This document shows positions 32,794-42,449 of a DNA stretch of 64,000 nt, piece after piece (position 1 is the stretch's first letter; each line of letters begins with the position of its first letter). Source of the stretch: a virus (taxonomy: Duplodnaviria > Caudoviricetes); IMG/VR virus record IMGVR_UViG_3300035698_035303, positions 639-64,638 of that record; one strand, written 5' to 3'. Below the pieces are notes generated by a model that saw nothing but the letters and a program-made list of their open reading frames with translations, was not told where the DNA came from and did not search any database. The translations under genes and the position numbers were made by a program.

Positions 32794-33564
32794 ATGCCAC
32801 AGAATACAAAAACAGGTAATTACTACCATATTAAAATTGCTAACTCACAAGAAGGTAATGAGTTTAGGACAATAGATATCTCTTCAGATAAAGGTATCAA
32901 GGCTACTTATGATGTAACAGGTAAAAAAATTACATCATATTTGTTTGCAAAAGATAAGTGGAGCGAAGGTGATGCTAAAGAAAAAGCAAGCAAGATGAAA
33001 ACAGAGGGTGTTGTTACTACTGAGTCTGTAATAGATTTAGCAAAACAACTGTCTGAGAACATTAAATCGGATATCGGTAAAATAATTGACGGAAGTAAAT
33101 TGTTTTCTGAGGGAACTACCCATGATTATAATAAATCCCAGCATGTCATGGGGATTAAGAAGGGTGACAACCTCATAACTAAATCTGGAAGTAAGATTTC
33201 AATTACGGATATTGAATTTAATATTTCTGGTCCCCGTGGACCTCGAACGATTGTTCATTATAAATATAAAACTGTTGATGGGAAACAAGGAAAAGAAAAA
33301 AATACTGTAGACGTAGTAGCACAAATGTTTGGGGAATCCAAAGGGATAACTGATAATGATACTATTGACGAGGGCAAATATCTTAAAAATAGATATGATA
33401 ATGTAGTTACTTTTAAAAAACAGCTTAATAAAGTACTTAAACAATTAGTAGATGACATTGACTCACCTCACGCTCATGCTTTAACAACAGGTGATGATGA
33501 GACTTCGACATTAGCTAAAAAAGCCAAAATAGCACTTGGTAAATTAGGTAAACTTACTCAGTAA
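32794..33564 (+). CDS. Modular hypothetical protein (candidate processed head protein)
   Basis: AAGGAG before ATG 32794; Lys-rich segments separated by FSE|G and IDE|G. Confidence 0.6.
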   Translation: MPQNTKTGNYYHIKIANSQEGNEFRTIDISSDKGIKATYDVTGKKITSYLFAKDKWSEGDAKEKASKMKTEGVVTTESVIDLAKQLSENIKSDIGKIIDGSKLFSEGTTHDYNKSQHVMGIKKGDNLITKSGSKISITDIEFNISGPRGPRTIVHYKYKTVDGKQGKEKNTVDVVAQMFGESKGITDNDTIDEGKYLKNRYDNVVTFKKQLNKVLKQLVDDIDSPHAHALTTGDDETSTLAKKAKIALGKLGKLTQ

Positions 33565-33572
33565 GGGATACT

Positions 33573-34037
33573 GTGAACAGAAGACAAGTAGAAGCTCAAA
33601 GTAGACGGAATGCCCGACTAATAATAAAAGGGAAAGATAACTTAAAAAGTTGGGGGAAGAGTGGTTCGATTTATTTACCTAGACTTAAAAAGTATATGAA
33701 ATATCGTAGTAATTTAGAGAGAAATACGTTTTTAGCAGTCGACAAAATTTCAGATATTGTTGATATACAGGGTGAGCCAATACGTATTGAGTATTGGTGG
33801 AAAGGTGCAACTCTTAACTATGTTCCAGATTTAATTTGTAAAATGAAAAGTGGATTAGTCTGGATTTTAGAGGTTAAACCAAAAAGTAGAGTTGATGATG
33901 TTAGAAATAAAGCCAAGTTTAGGGCAGGGGTAAAATTTTGTCGGACTAATGGTACCCATTTACAATTTGGTGTAGTAACAAACCCAAAGCTTGTTCGTGA
34001 ATTCCTTAAAACCCATGTCGGTTTTATAAATAGTTAA
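33573..34037 (+). CDS. PD-(D/E)xK nuclease, TnsA-N / T4 gp4 head-completion-like
   Basis: YRSNLE...EPIRIEY...YVPDL...LEVKP motif. Confidence 0.85.
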   Translation: MNRRQVEAQSRRNARLIIKGKDNLKSWGKSGSIYLPRLKKYMKYRSNLERNTFLAVDKISDIVDIQGEPIRIEYWWKGATLNYVPDLICKMKSGLVWILEVKPKSRVDDVRNKAKFRAGVKFCRTNGTHLQFGVVTNPKLVREFLKTHVGFINS

Positions 34038-34041
34038 AAAT

Positions 34042-34075
34042 CGACAAAATTTAAAACATTATATATACAAGATAA
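34042..34075 (+). promoter_or_regulatory. CGACAA-N21-AAGATAA motif (candidate late promoter)
   Basis: Intergenic, upstream of the gene run that includes terminase. Confidence 0.5.
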
Positions 34076-34106
34076 GACTGATAGATTTTATTAATTGGAG
34101 GCTATT

Positions 34107-34577
34107 GTGGTTACAAAAGATAACAGAGGTGTTGAACAAGTTTTAAAAGGTTTTATCGGTGAAAGCACTGATGAAAAAGAACCTAAAGATACTCCTATAC
34201 CTGGATCACAAATTAAACCAGATAAAAAATCAAAAGAAAAATACGACGATGATGATTCTAGAGAAGATGACTCTGAGGAAGATGACTCTGAGGAAGATGG
34301 AGAGGAGCCAGATGGCTCTGATGATGTTGGCAGTGATGACGACCCTGAGGAAAAAGATGAGTTTGAAAGCGATGTTGATGAATTCAGAAATGAAGATCAA
34401 TTTATTCGTTATGCTAAAGATGGTGTCGTACAATTGGAAAGATGTGCTAAGAAACTATCTGAATTGAAAAAATTATTGGAGTCAGGCGAAGCACTAAAAG
34501 CCAAGAAGCTTATGCTTAAAGTTTCCAGCCTTGCTAATATTGGGCTTTCAAAGTTCAATAAGGCACATATATCATGA
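34107..34577 (+). CDS. Acidic protein with divergent KDNR leader
   Basis: GGAGG then GTG at 34107; MVTKDNRGVEQVLKGFIGE; Asp/Glu-rich middle with an EDDSE repeat. Confidence 0.65.
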   Translation: MVTKDNRGVEQVLKGFIGESTDEKEPKDTPIPGSQIKPDKKSKEKYDDDDSREDDSEEDDSEEDGEEPDGSDDVGSDDDPEEKDEFESDVDEFRNEDQFIRYAKDGVVQLERCAKKLSELKKLLESGEALKAKKLMLKVSSLANIGLSKFNKAHIS

Positions 34578-34654
34578 AAGACAACAGACCATTAAATGAA
34601 GTAGCTGATAATATGAGTTCTGAAAAAGCACGAACTATATTTACACCCAAATAA
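34574..34654 (+). CDS. 26-aa leader-only micro-ORF MKDNRPLNEVADNMSSEKARTIFTPK
   Basis: ATGA overlap with the upstream stop; first 12 codons match the leader family at 55-63 kb. Confidence 0.55.
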   Translation: MKDNRPLNEVADNMSSEKARTIFTPK

Positions 34655-34672
34655 AGTAATTAGGAGATAATC

Positions 34673-35017
34673 ATGGCCGATAAAGATATTTATGATCTTA
34701 TGGAAAAATTTAAAAAGAATCCTGGTCCTTTGACTGATATGGATGAATCTATTCATATTCAAGGTGAAATAAATCGTTCAACTTGGGTTGGCGAAGAAGA
34801 AATTGTTGAGGTAGTTCCTGCATCACGTATTTCTGTTTTTGCTATTGATGACCGTGATCAAGGTCCATGGGTTATTATGGATTCATATACTAATGCTTTT
34901 TGGGGTGGAAAAGAGTGGGTAAAGGGGAGAAATAACGCTAAAGAGTTTAAGTCCGAAAGCGCTGCAAATCGTGCTAGTGGAGCCGCAAGAAGAAAAGAAC
35001 CGTCAATGGCAAGGTAG
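34673..35017 (+). CDS. Hypothetical protein
   Basis: AGGAG RBS; C-terminal FWGGKEWVK..AKEFKS module resembles one in 36748..40389. Confidence 0.65.
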   Translation: MADKDIYDLMEKFKKNPGPLTDMDESIHIQGEINRSTWVGEEEIVEVVPASRISVFAIDDRDQGPWVIMDSYTNAFWGGKEWVKGRNNAKEFKSESAANRASGAARRKEPSMAR

Positions 35018-35029
35018 GGTCAAACAAAC

Positions 35030-36745
35030 ATGGTTAGAACGTCGAAACAAAAAGCAGAGATAGCTAAATGTAAGAAGAATGCTTCTTACTTTATTGAGAA
35101 CTACTGCAAGATTCGGCACCCTTTGCATGGTGTTATACCATTTCATATGCATTCGTTTCAAACGAAATTAGCTGATGATTTCATGAATTATCAGAATCAT
35201 ATAATTAACAAATCAAGGCAGACGGGAATCTCGACTATAACAGCATGTTACAGCCTTTGGATGCTTCAATTTCAAATGCATAAAGAAATAACTGTTATAT
35301 CAAGAAAAGACGAAGAGGCAATGGCATTTATTGATAAAGTTAGATTAGCTTGGGAACACTTACCAGATTGGATGAGAGTACCTAAAGGCGGGTCTAACAA
35401 TATGCATAATTTTCAATTAGTTACACATAGTAAAATTAAAGCCGAAGCCAAATCAAAATCCGCAGGTCGTTCAGCATCATTAAATATGTTGATACTTGAT
35501 GAGGCTGCACATATTGACGTTATTAGAGATATTTGGAAATCAGCTATGCCAACATTAAGTCGTGGTCATGGTAAATGCATTATGATTTCGACCCCAGACG
35601 GAATGGGTAACTTGTTCCACGAGACAGTTGAGAAAGCAAAGCTAGAAGGTACGCCAGAATGGAATGAATTTAGATTCACATTTTGTCATTGGACAGACGT
35701 CCCTGAGTATGATGAGGCGTGGTATAAAAAAGAACGACCAAAATGGAATGATCGTGACTGGGCACAAGAATATGAAGGTGACTTCCTTGGTTCCGGTAAT
35801 ACAGTTATCCCAGCAGATATGTTAAAGATTTTAGAAAAGAAGCTTAAACCACCAATCGGTTATTTGAATCTTGATATGAAGCCATGTTCAAATGGTGAAG
35901 TTTGGGTTTGGTCTCTGCCAGCTCCTAAACATCAATATATTATTGGTGCTGATACTGCATCCGGTGATGGAAAAGATTTTTGCGCTGCCCTTGTAATGGA
36001 CATGAATACAGGCGAACAAGTAGCTGAATTCAAGAATAAAACAGTATCGCCAAAACGATTCGCAAAATTACTTTATGACCTTGCGAATTATTATAATGAA
36101 GCTTATGTAATCCCAGAAAACAATAATATGGGTATTCTTACATGCGAAGAGATTTATAACGTGCTTGGGTATTGGAATATATATTTAGAGCGTAATCCCC
36201 AGACCAATAAGGTCAATTATAGGAAGCCTGGGTTTAACACAACTGCAAAAACTAGGCCAATTCTTATTGAAGGACTTAAAACATTATTTGACCCTAATGG
36301 TATGTGGACTATTCGTAGTCAACGATTTTTCTTGGAAGCTACAACGTTTACATGGCGTGGTGGCAAAGCTCAAGCAGAAAACAACTATAATGATGACTTA
36401 ATGATATCTGGTGGGCTGATAGGTGGAAATATTGATTCCATTTTGTTAGATAATCCCCTTGCCGAGATAAAGCAAGAAGACGAGGGGTCAGAAACAGATA
36501 TATGGGGTAATCAAGTAGAGTTTAATATGGCTGATACAAATCCGCCAGATGCTGCTATGTTTTCAATCGGTGATGATGATAATGATTCTAATAATGAACC
36601 AAGTCCTGAACCTAATGATTTTGAAGTTGACCCGTTTAATCCTCAACATCAAAGGTTACTTGGATTTGAAAATACAAACAAAATAAAAGATCAAATGACA
36701 GAATTTAGTTGGTTATACAATCAACAAAATAATAGGGGAAATTAA
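35030..36745 (+). CDS. terL: Terminase large subunit (T4 gp17-like)
   Basis: Walker A KSRQTGIST, Walker B LILDEAAH, coupling motif ISTPDG, nuclease motifs IIGADTASG and NDDLMIS. Confidence 0.96.
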   Translation: MVRTSKQKAEIAKCKKNASYFIENYCKIRHPLHGVIPFHMHSFQTKLADDFMNYQNHIINKSRQTGISTITACYSLWMLQFQMHKEITVISRKDEEAMAFIDKVRLAWEHLPDWMRVPKGGSNNMHNFQLVTHSKIKAEAKSKSAGRSASLNMLILDEAAHIDVIRDIWKSAMPTLSRGHGKCIMISTPDGMGNLFHETVEKAKLEGTPEWNEFRFTFCHWTDVPEYDEAWYKKERPKWNDRDWAQEYEGDFLGSGNTVIPADMLKILEKKLKPPIGYLNLDMKPCSNGEVWVWSLPAPKHQYIIGADTASGDGKDFCAALVMDMNTGEQVAEFKNKTVSPKRFAKLLYDLANYYNEAYVIPENNNMGILTCEEIYNVLGYWNIYLERNPQTNKVNYRKPGFNTTAKTRPILIEGLKTLFDPNGMWTIRSQRFFLEATTFTWRGGKAQAENNYNDDLMISGGLIGGNIDSILLDNPLAEIKQEDEGSETDIWGNQVEFNMADTNPPDAAMFSIGDDDNDSNNEPSPEPNDFEVDPFNPQHQRLLGFENTNKIKDQMTEFSWLYNQQNNRGN

Positions 36746-36747
36746 AT

Positions 36748-39700
36748 ATGGATTACGGACGTAAAACAAATTTGAATGATGCTGCTATTAACAGAGGTCT
36801 ATCAGAAAAAATTGATCAAGATATTATGGACCGTAGCGCAAATATTCTTGAAACAGTTGACAGAAGTAAGCTTACTGTATCTGATATATTGGGGAGAACG
36901 AATACTGAACCCCCAGTTGACGAAGGGACGACTCTTCGTAAGATAGTTAAAGAGCTAAGAGGTAAGAAACATCGCAAATGGGTATCTAAAAACGAAATAC
37001 GCGAGTATATGCGCGAGAAAATGCCTGACGATGAGACTTTTGATGCTTTTTGGAGCAGTGCAAAACAATCGAATGCAGGACATCGTAATTATGAATTTGG
37101 GAAACGCGGAGACGATGAGATAGTAACAAACGGCAAAAAACGTTATGCCGAGTCAATAGATGACCCTAATTGTCATTTTCTACCAGATGACTTAAAATTT
37201 AGTCATGGTGACAATCAGGACCTTACTAAGCTTATGGAAGATAACCCAAATATGGGTCTAGGCTTTTTAGAGGGGTTCGGTGAAAAACCAGTCTTTGCCA
37301 AAATTGAGGAAAACAAACGTTTCTCATCCGATGCTGATGTTAACATGATTCTTGAGGGAGTTGATGAAGGTGCGTATACAAATAAGCAATGGACATTAGC
37401 TGCAAAAATGATAGCAGATGCTGCAAAAAATATTGTTAGAGCCTCTGATTGGGTTCAAGTAAAAGCAGCCGTAAATAAAATTGATGAACCAACCGGAGTT
37501 TATAGACATCCCAAACGTCCTAAAGGTTTAGCAAAAGCAATTGACGCTGTTTATAAAATGTCTAAAGATGGCAAAGATTGGCAGCAAATGAAAGCAAGCG
37601 TTATTAAATCATGGAAAGAATTAGACACTGCATATGCAAAAGCTGCTGAGAGAAGTCTTGCTTTAGAAGGTGATGCCCCTGGCGTTCCTGACGGAACTGG
37701 CCCAAGAAGCAAAAAAGGGAATTGCCCAATGAGCGAGTCTGGGCTTTCTTATGAGACATTAGCCAAAAACATTAAAAACGGTAATATAAAATCTGGAGCT
37801 ACTATATTTGCTGCGGATAAAGAGTTTAAGGTCAAATCAGCTAGTGTTCAAGGCGATACTGTTTACATTGAAACAGACACACGTGTTTTTAAAGTTAAAA
37901 ACGAAAAAGATGGTGATTCTGTTATTACAAAGTTTGATATGTCTGCTAATGAGTCTATAAATGAATCAATTTCAGTTGTTGACGAAGCTGGGCTTTCTTA
38001 TGAGACATTAGCTAAAAATATTAAAAATGATAATATAAAATCTGGAGCCACTATATTTGCTGGAGATAAAGAATTTAAAGTTAAATCTGCTAGCGTTCAA
38101 GGTGATACAGTTTATATTGAAACAGATAAACGTGTTTTTAAAATCAAAAATGAAAAGGATGGCGATTCTGTTATTACAAAGTTTGATATGGGCGTTGATG
38201 AGGCCAAATTTGAATACAATATTCCTCACTTAAATAAAGCCAAAACCCGTAAAGGGCAGATTATTCAGGTTGTAACAAAATCTCCTAAAGTCTTTCATTA
38301 TTGGACTGGTAAAGCGTGGACTAAATCTTTGGATGGAGCCAAAGAGCTTGTATCCGGGCCAGAAGCTAAAAGTGATCTTAAAAAAGCTCTCGCAAGTTGG
38401 GATGTATCAACAGTAGAGAACGTTGATGAATATATAAAGCTTGGTCCTAAAGACAAACGGGTTATTAAAGACTTCATGGCAGGCAAATCTAGTTCCAGCA
38501 AGAATTTAGATACAGACGGCAAAAAACTTGATGGTGTTTGGATGGGTGGAAATAAATTAGCAACTCGTGGTTCTGATAAGATGATTTCATTTAGCGATAC
38601 AGGCGGTAAATCGGCACAGATTATTAAGAATTTTGCAAAGAAACTCAACCCTGCCGTTATTCATGAAGATATTGATGAAGCAAATCGTGTGAACACTGAC
38701 GCATATATGCGCTCCCACGGTAAAAAACCCAAAGGTCGTGGCAGATGGTTGTTCTTCTTCGGTGAAAAAGCTCACAAAGACTGGCCAAAAAAGACTGACG
38801 GATCATTTGCTTCCTCTAACACCACCTTCGGTGATGCTGTAAAGCAAGCAAAAATCGAAGTTAAAAAACGTGGTTTAAAAGATATTGAAATTATTGTTGG
38901 TGAGTCCACAACAGAGAGCGTTGAAGACGCTATTGAATCCTTATCATTATCTTTATTTGGTGAGGATAGGAATCGCCCTTTTGACCGAATTGTGGATGAG
39001 GCCAAAGGTCTTGTTTACACAGTATCATTTGATAGTGATCGTGATTTAGAAAAATTTGAAAAGAAATATAAGAGTCCTATTGGTGGTGTAACGTGGAAGA
39101 AAATTACCACTAAGCCCAGGATTACCCAATCAATCAATGTTTTTTACAAAGGTGGACAGGCTGGGAAAGAAGAAGGAAGCAAATTCATAGGAAAGATAAA
39201 AGACGAATTCACCAGAGTTTTTGTTACTTCCAATAAACGTTCTGATGCTAAGGATGAAGCTATTGAATCTTTATCATTATCTTTGTTTGGAGAAGCTAAA
39301 TATGAGCATCCTCCATCAAATATACATAAGGAACCATTTGGTACTCAGGTTTACTTCGCGATTAAACCTCTGGAGAAAACTCTTCCTGAGAAAGATGCAT
39401 ACGCCAGTATAACTAATCAGGATCTTTCGACTAGGAACCCAGAAATTCAAATCGCCTTCTACTCTAAGAAGGGTAGGGATTTATTGGGGTGGATTACCTT
39501 CAAGGTGTCTTTCTCTGGTAAGAATGTAAAAACCAAAGTTCTTGACACACATAAGTACGGCAAGGATAACCAAAGGGCATTAACTAAAGAAGTTGAAGAC
39601 GCCTTGAAAAAAGCTAAGGTTCAACCGTTATCCGAAGACGTTGATGAAGCTGGGTTATTAAGAGCTCCCGCACATGTTAAACAAATTCTTGTACAATTAG

Positions 39701-40389
39701 CTAAAAAAATTAAAGGCGTTAAAATTACGAAATCCAGTCGTGGTAATTACATGTTTGGTGGTAATAATCTAGCTAAAGGTCCTGCTGAAAAAATTGTTAA
39801 AGCCTTGAAAGATTTAGGCAAAACAGGTAGAGTAGCAGAAATAGATGGTAAATTTTTTGCTCAAACTTCCCTTGGCGAATCTGTAGATGAAGGCAAGAAG
39901 CCTACAGGCGCAAAACTTGAAGCTGCAAAAAGATTATTAGCAAGATTCAAAAAAGAAAAAGGTGATACTGCTGAAGCATCAGCAGACTTTATTAATGCAT
40001 ATATTAAGGGCGATGAAAAGTTTATGCGTCGTATTTTATATGCCCCAGGTAACTCTCGTAGAGGTGCTTTATATGCCCAGGAACGATTAAGAATGATGAC
40101 CGAGGATATAAACGATTTACTTGAAGAATTAATGATAATGTGCGAAGATATAGATGATATTTATACTATTGAATTTCCAAAAAGTAATCAAGATTCTGAC
40201 TACTCAAAGATTATAGACTTACTTACAAAACACCCACAAGCAAAAAAGCTTGGCAAAAAAGCTTGGATCAAAGCTGGCAAGCTTCTTATTAAAGGATTTG
40301 ATGTCAAAGGATTAACTAGTCTTATTAAAAATCCAGGTATTAATTTAATGAGTAAAATAAATCAGACAAAAATAACTTTGTTAAGTTAA
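36748..40389 (+). CDS. 1213-aa modular protein, candidate protease-processed head polyprotein
   Basis: Lys-rich modules separated by recurring [VI]DE|[AGY] sites; one module duplicated. Confidence 0.7.
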   Translation: MDYGRKTNLNDAAINRGLSEKIDQDIMDRSANILETVDRSKLTVSDILGRTNTEPPVDEGTTLRKIVKELRGKKHRKWVSKNEIREYMREKMPDDETFDAFWSSAKQSNAGHRNYEFGKRGDDEIVTNGKKRYAESIDDPNCHFLPDDLKFSHGDNQDLTKLMEDNPNMGLGFLEGFGEKPVFAKIEENKRFSSDADVNMILEGVDEGAYTNKQWTLAAKMIADAAKNIVRASDWVQVKAAVNKIDEPTGVYRHPKRPKGLAKAIDAVYKMSKDGKDWQQMKASVIKSWKELDTAYAKAAERSLALEGDAPGVPDGTGPRSKKGNCPMSESGLSYETLAKNIKNGNIKSGATIFAADKEFKVKSASVQGDTVYIETDTRVFKVKNEKDGDSVITKFDMSANESINESISVVDEAGLSYETLAKNIKNDNIKSGATIFAGDKEFKVKSASVQGDTVYIETDKRVFKIKNEKDGDSVITKFDMGVDEAKFEYNIPHLNKAKTRKGQIIQVVTKSPKVFHYWTGKAWTKSLDGAKELVSGPEAKSDLKKALASWDVSTVENVDEYIKLGPKDKRVIKDFMAGKSSSSKNLDTDGKKLDGVWMGGNKLATRGSDKMISFSDTGGKSAQIIKNFAKKLNPAVIHEDIDEANRVNTDAYMRSHGKKPKGRGRWLFFFGEKAHKDWPKKTDGSFASSNTTFGDAVKQAKIEVKKRGLKDIEIIVGESTTESVEDAIESLSLSLFGEDRNRPFDRIVDEAKGLVYTVSFDSDRDLEKFEKKYKSPIGGVTWKKITTKPRITQSINVFYKGGQAGKEEGSKFIGKIKDEFTRVFVTSNKRSDAKDEAIESLSLSLFGEAKYEHPPSNIHKEPFGTQVYFAIKPLEKTLPEKDAYASITNQDLSTRNPEIQIAFYSKKGRDLLGWITFKVSFSGKNVKTKVLDTHKYGKDNQRALTKEVEDALKKAKVQPLSEDVDEAGLLRAPAHVKQILVQLAKKIKGVKITKSSRGNYMFGGNNLAKGPAEKIVKALKDLGKTGRVAEIDGKFFAQTSLGESVDEGKKPTGAKLEAAKRLLARFKKEKGDTAEASADFINAYIKGDEKFMRRILYAPGNSRRGALYAQERLRMMTEDINDLLEELMIMCEDIDDIYTIEFPKSNQDSDYSKIIDLLTKHPQAKKLGKKAWIKAGKLLIKGFDVKGLTSLIKNPGINLMSKINQTKITLLS
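37739..38190 (+). repeat. Direct duplication of ~203 bp (37739-37941 and 37988-38190), period 249 bp
   Basis: Both copies encode GLSYETLAKNIKN...SVITKFDM with mostly synonymous differences. Confidence 0.95.
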
Positions 40390-40399
40390 GTCGGAGCTT

Positions 40400-40837
40400 A
40401 TGTTGAAACACCCCGATTTAGAATTAAAACTTGCTGAAGGATCTGAACTTTTACGTAATTCTATTTTAGCCGATGGCATGACGATAAAAGAAGAACGTCA
40501 GAAGAGTGGGCGGTTGCTATTGCGCTGTTCAAAGCACAATAAGCTTTTTAATGCAAGTCTTGCTTTGGATACTTTGGGTTGGAGATTGTCCATTATAAGT
40601 AATAATGGCATCTTAGAAAATGCAACTTTCAAGGTAAATAATTGTACTACAACCGGATTAAAAAAACTTATTGAACGTGCCGGATTGAAAATAGTTTTAA
40701 TAGCCAAACCAATAATTGAAGATAAGCCTTTACCCAATGTTTTAGAATTTAAATTAAAAGAGAAAAGAGTTTCGTATGAAAGAAACTCCAAAGAAATGAC
40801 AGTCAAAGATGTTTTACAAAAGGTGAAAAATGACTGA
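40400..40837 (+). CDS. Hypothetical protein
   Basis: GGAG RBS; fills the gap between co-oriented genes. Confidence 0.6.
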   Translation: MLKHPDLELKLAEGSELLRNSILADGMTIKEERQKSGRLLLRCSKHNKLFNASLALDTLGWRLSIISNNGILENATFKVNNCTTTGLKKLIERAGLKIVLIAKPIIEDKPLPNVLEFKLKEKRVSYERNSKEMTVKDVLQKVKND

Positions 40838-42449
40838 TACCTTTACTGACAATATTACTTTAGACCCTGAATTTCTTTGGTTGCCAAAACCAACAGGGGA
40901 ACTAGGGAGCCTTGCAGGTAAAGTTGGTAATTTCATGCCTTATTGTAATATAAAATTTGCTGATCTTCCTTTGTTTCATATTCCCAATGAACATCTTATT
41001 GATATGTCATTAGGACTTGGTATAGGTAGTGGCGGTGGTGTTGGTGGAACAACAATAAATTTGACATTACTTGACCCAACGAACTTTATTCTTGAGCGTG
41101 TTATGCGTTATGCAATAATGAGAAACAACTATGGTGGTTGGGCATTCTTATTAGTTCAATTTGGGTGGACAGACGGAATAACAAATTATGGAATGCAACC
41201 TGATGAATTCCTCAAATTTTCTGTTAGCAATTGGGTCCAAACTGTTGATACAGGGGTAACAAGATATACACTTACAGGGGTGTCTCAAGGACAAATGTTG
41301 CTTCGCAATGTTAGAGTCCCTGATACTATAGCTCTGCCTTTTGTGGATTCTGTACCAGTAAGTGGAAAAGCTTATAAAACTCAAACTGGGTATGTTTTAG
41401 ATGAAATGCTAAATAGACTCATTCCCAACTTGCCTAATAAAGTAAAAGTTATTGGTAATATAAGTGATAGAGGGATAGCAGATATCGCTGGTTTTTTCAA
41501 TCAAGCTGGTAATCAACGTGGCATAACTCTGTTTAAAGAATTAGCAAATAAATACTTAACAACAACAAGCGGTGGTTATTTTCAATGGTGTTTTGTTAGC
41601 CATGTTAATGAAAAATCTGCGGTTAAAGATGCAAAGAGTAGTGACGAAGTAACTGCCCCAGTTAATAATGGTGTTTACATATTATTTTATGACCCAAGTT
41701 ATGTTGACGACTTACGAAAACAAAATGCAATTGTTCGTAACTCATCAATGCCATCTGAATATTCAATTTACAAATCTTGTGAGGCGTTAATTAGATGGCC
41801 AAATCATATGGGTTATGCTTTAGAACTACAAATTGGTGGAAATACCGATTGGCTTGGAAATGCATTTGATTTAACACGAACATCTATTACGGCTGCAGGA
41901 CAAGTAAGTCCAGGTCCCACTGTTAAAACAAAAACCCCAACAAACGAATCAGTCATTCAAGATGGCGCATTAAATACTATCGATAGAAGTCATAATGCAG
42001 ATCAGATGGGTGGCGGTGCAGGGCAAACCACAACAGGTAAAGCATCAAACATGGGTACTATCAACGCAGCAAAAGGTCAAAGGTCACAGGCTTTTGCTAA
42101 TCAAATGACCCTGACAACTAAAGGGGAACCATGGTTTGTTAATCAAGCAATGTTCGCTGGTATGCATTTTGGCGTTTTGTTTGATAATAAAACAAATTTA
42201 TCGAGGGTTATGGTCCCTTACGCAGCAAATGACCCAGACCAATTAAAAAATTCAATTCCGATGTTACGATCATTAACCCCTGAAAATTTTCAATTCTTAA
42301 TGGATGGAGGCTTTTTTGACCCTGAACAATTCCCAAGCCCCTTAACAGGAACATGGGCAATCCAAGGTGTTACTCAACGGATCTCTGGCGGTACATTTAC
42401 GACGTCATTTCAATTACTAAGGGACTTAGAACAGGAGACAAGCATATGA
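40830..42449 (+). CDS. Probable baseplate hub protein (gp27 / late control D-like)
   Basis: LVQFGW near the N-terminus; C-terminal MTLTTKGEPWF...GTWAIQGVTQRISGGTFTTSFQLLR. Confidence 0.6.
   Translation: MTDTFTDNITLDPEFLWLPKPTGELGSLAGKVGNFMPYCNIKFADLPLFHIPNEHLIDMSLGLGIGSGGGVGGTTINLTLLDPTNFILERVMRYAIMRNNYGGWAFLLVQFGWTDGITNYGMQPDEFLKFSVSNWVQTVDTGVTRYTLTGVSQGQMLLRNVRVPDTIALPFVDSVPVSGKAYKTQTGYVLDEMLNRLIPNLPNKVKVIGNISDRGIADIAGFFNQAGNQRGITLFKELANKYLTTTSGGYFQWCFVSHVNEKSAVKDAKSSDEVTAPVNNGVYILFYDPSYVDDLRKQNAIVRNSSMPSEYSIYKSCEALIRWPNHMGYALELQIGGNTDWLGNAFDLTRTSITAAGQVSPGPTVKTKTPTNESVIQDGALNTIDRSHNADQMGGGAGQTTTGKASNMGTINAAKGQRSQAFANQMTLTTKGEPWFVNQAMFAGMHFGVLFDNKTNLSRVMVPYAANDPDQLKNSIPMLRSLTPENFQFLMDGGFFDPEQFPSPLTGTWAIQGVTQRISGGTFTTSFQLLRDLEQETSI

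Noticed and set aside
33573-34037. TnsA-like nuclease as evidence of a Tn7 transposon
   Set aside because: No tnsB/tnsC or terminal repeats; its position near terminase fits a T4 gp4-type head-completion nuclease.
42353-42445. Longer N-terminus of the portal given in the ORF track
   Set aside because: It overlaps the upstream gene; ATG 42446 has an AGGAG RBS and an ATGA coupling overlap.
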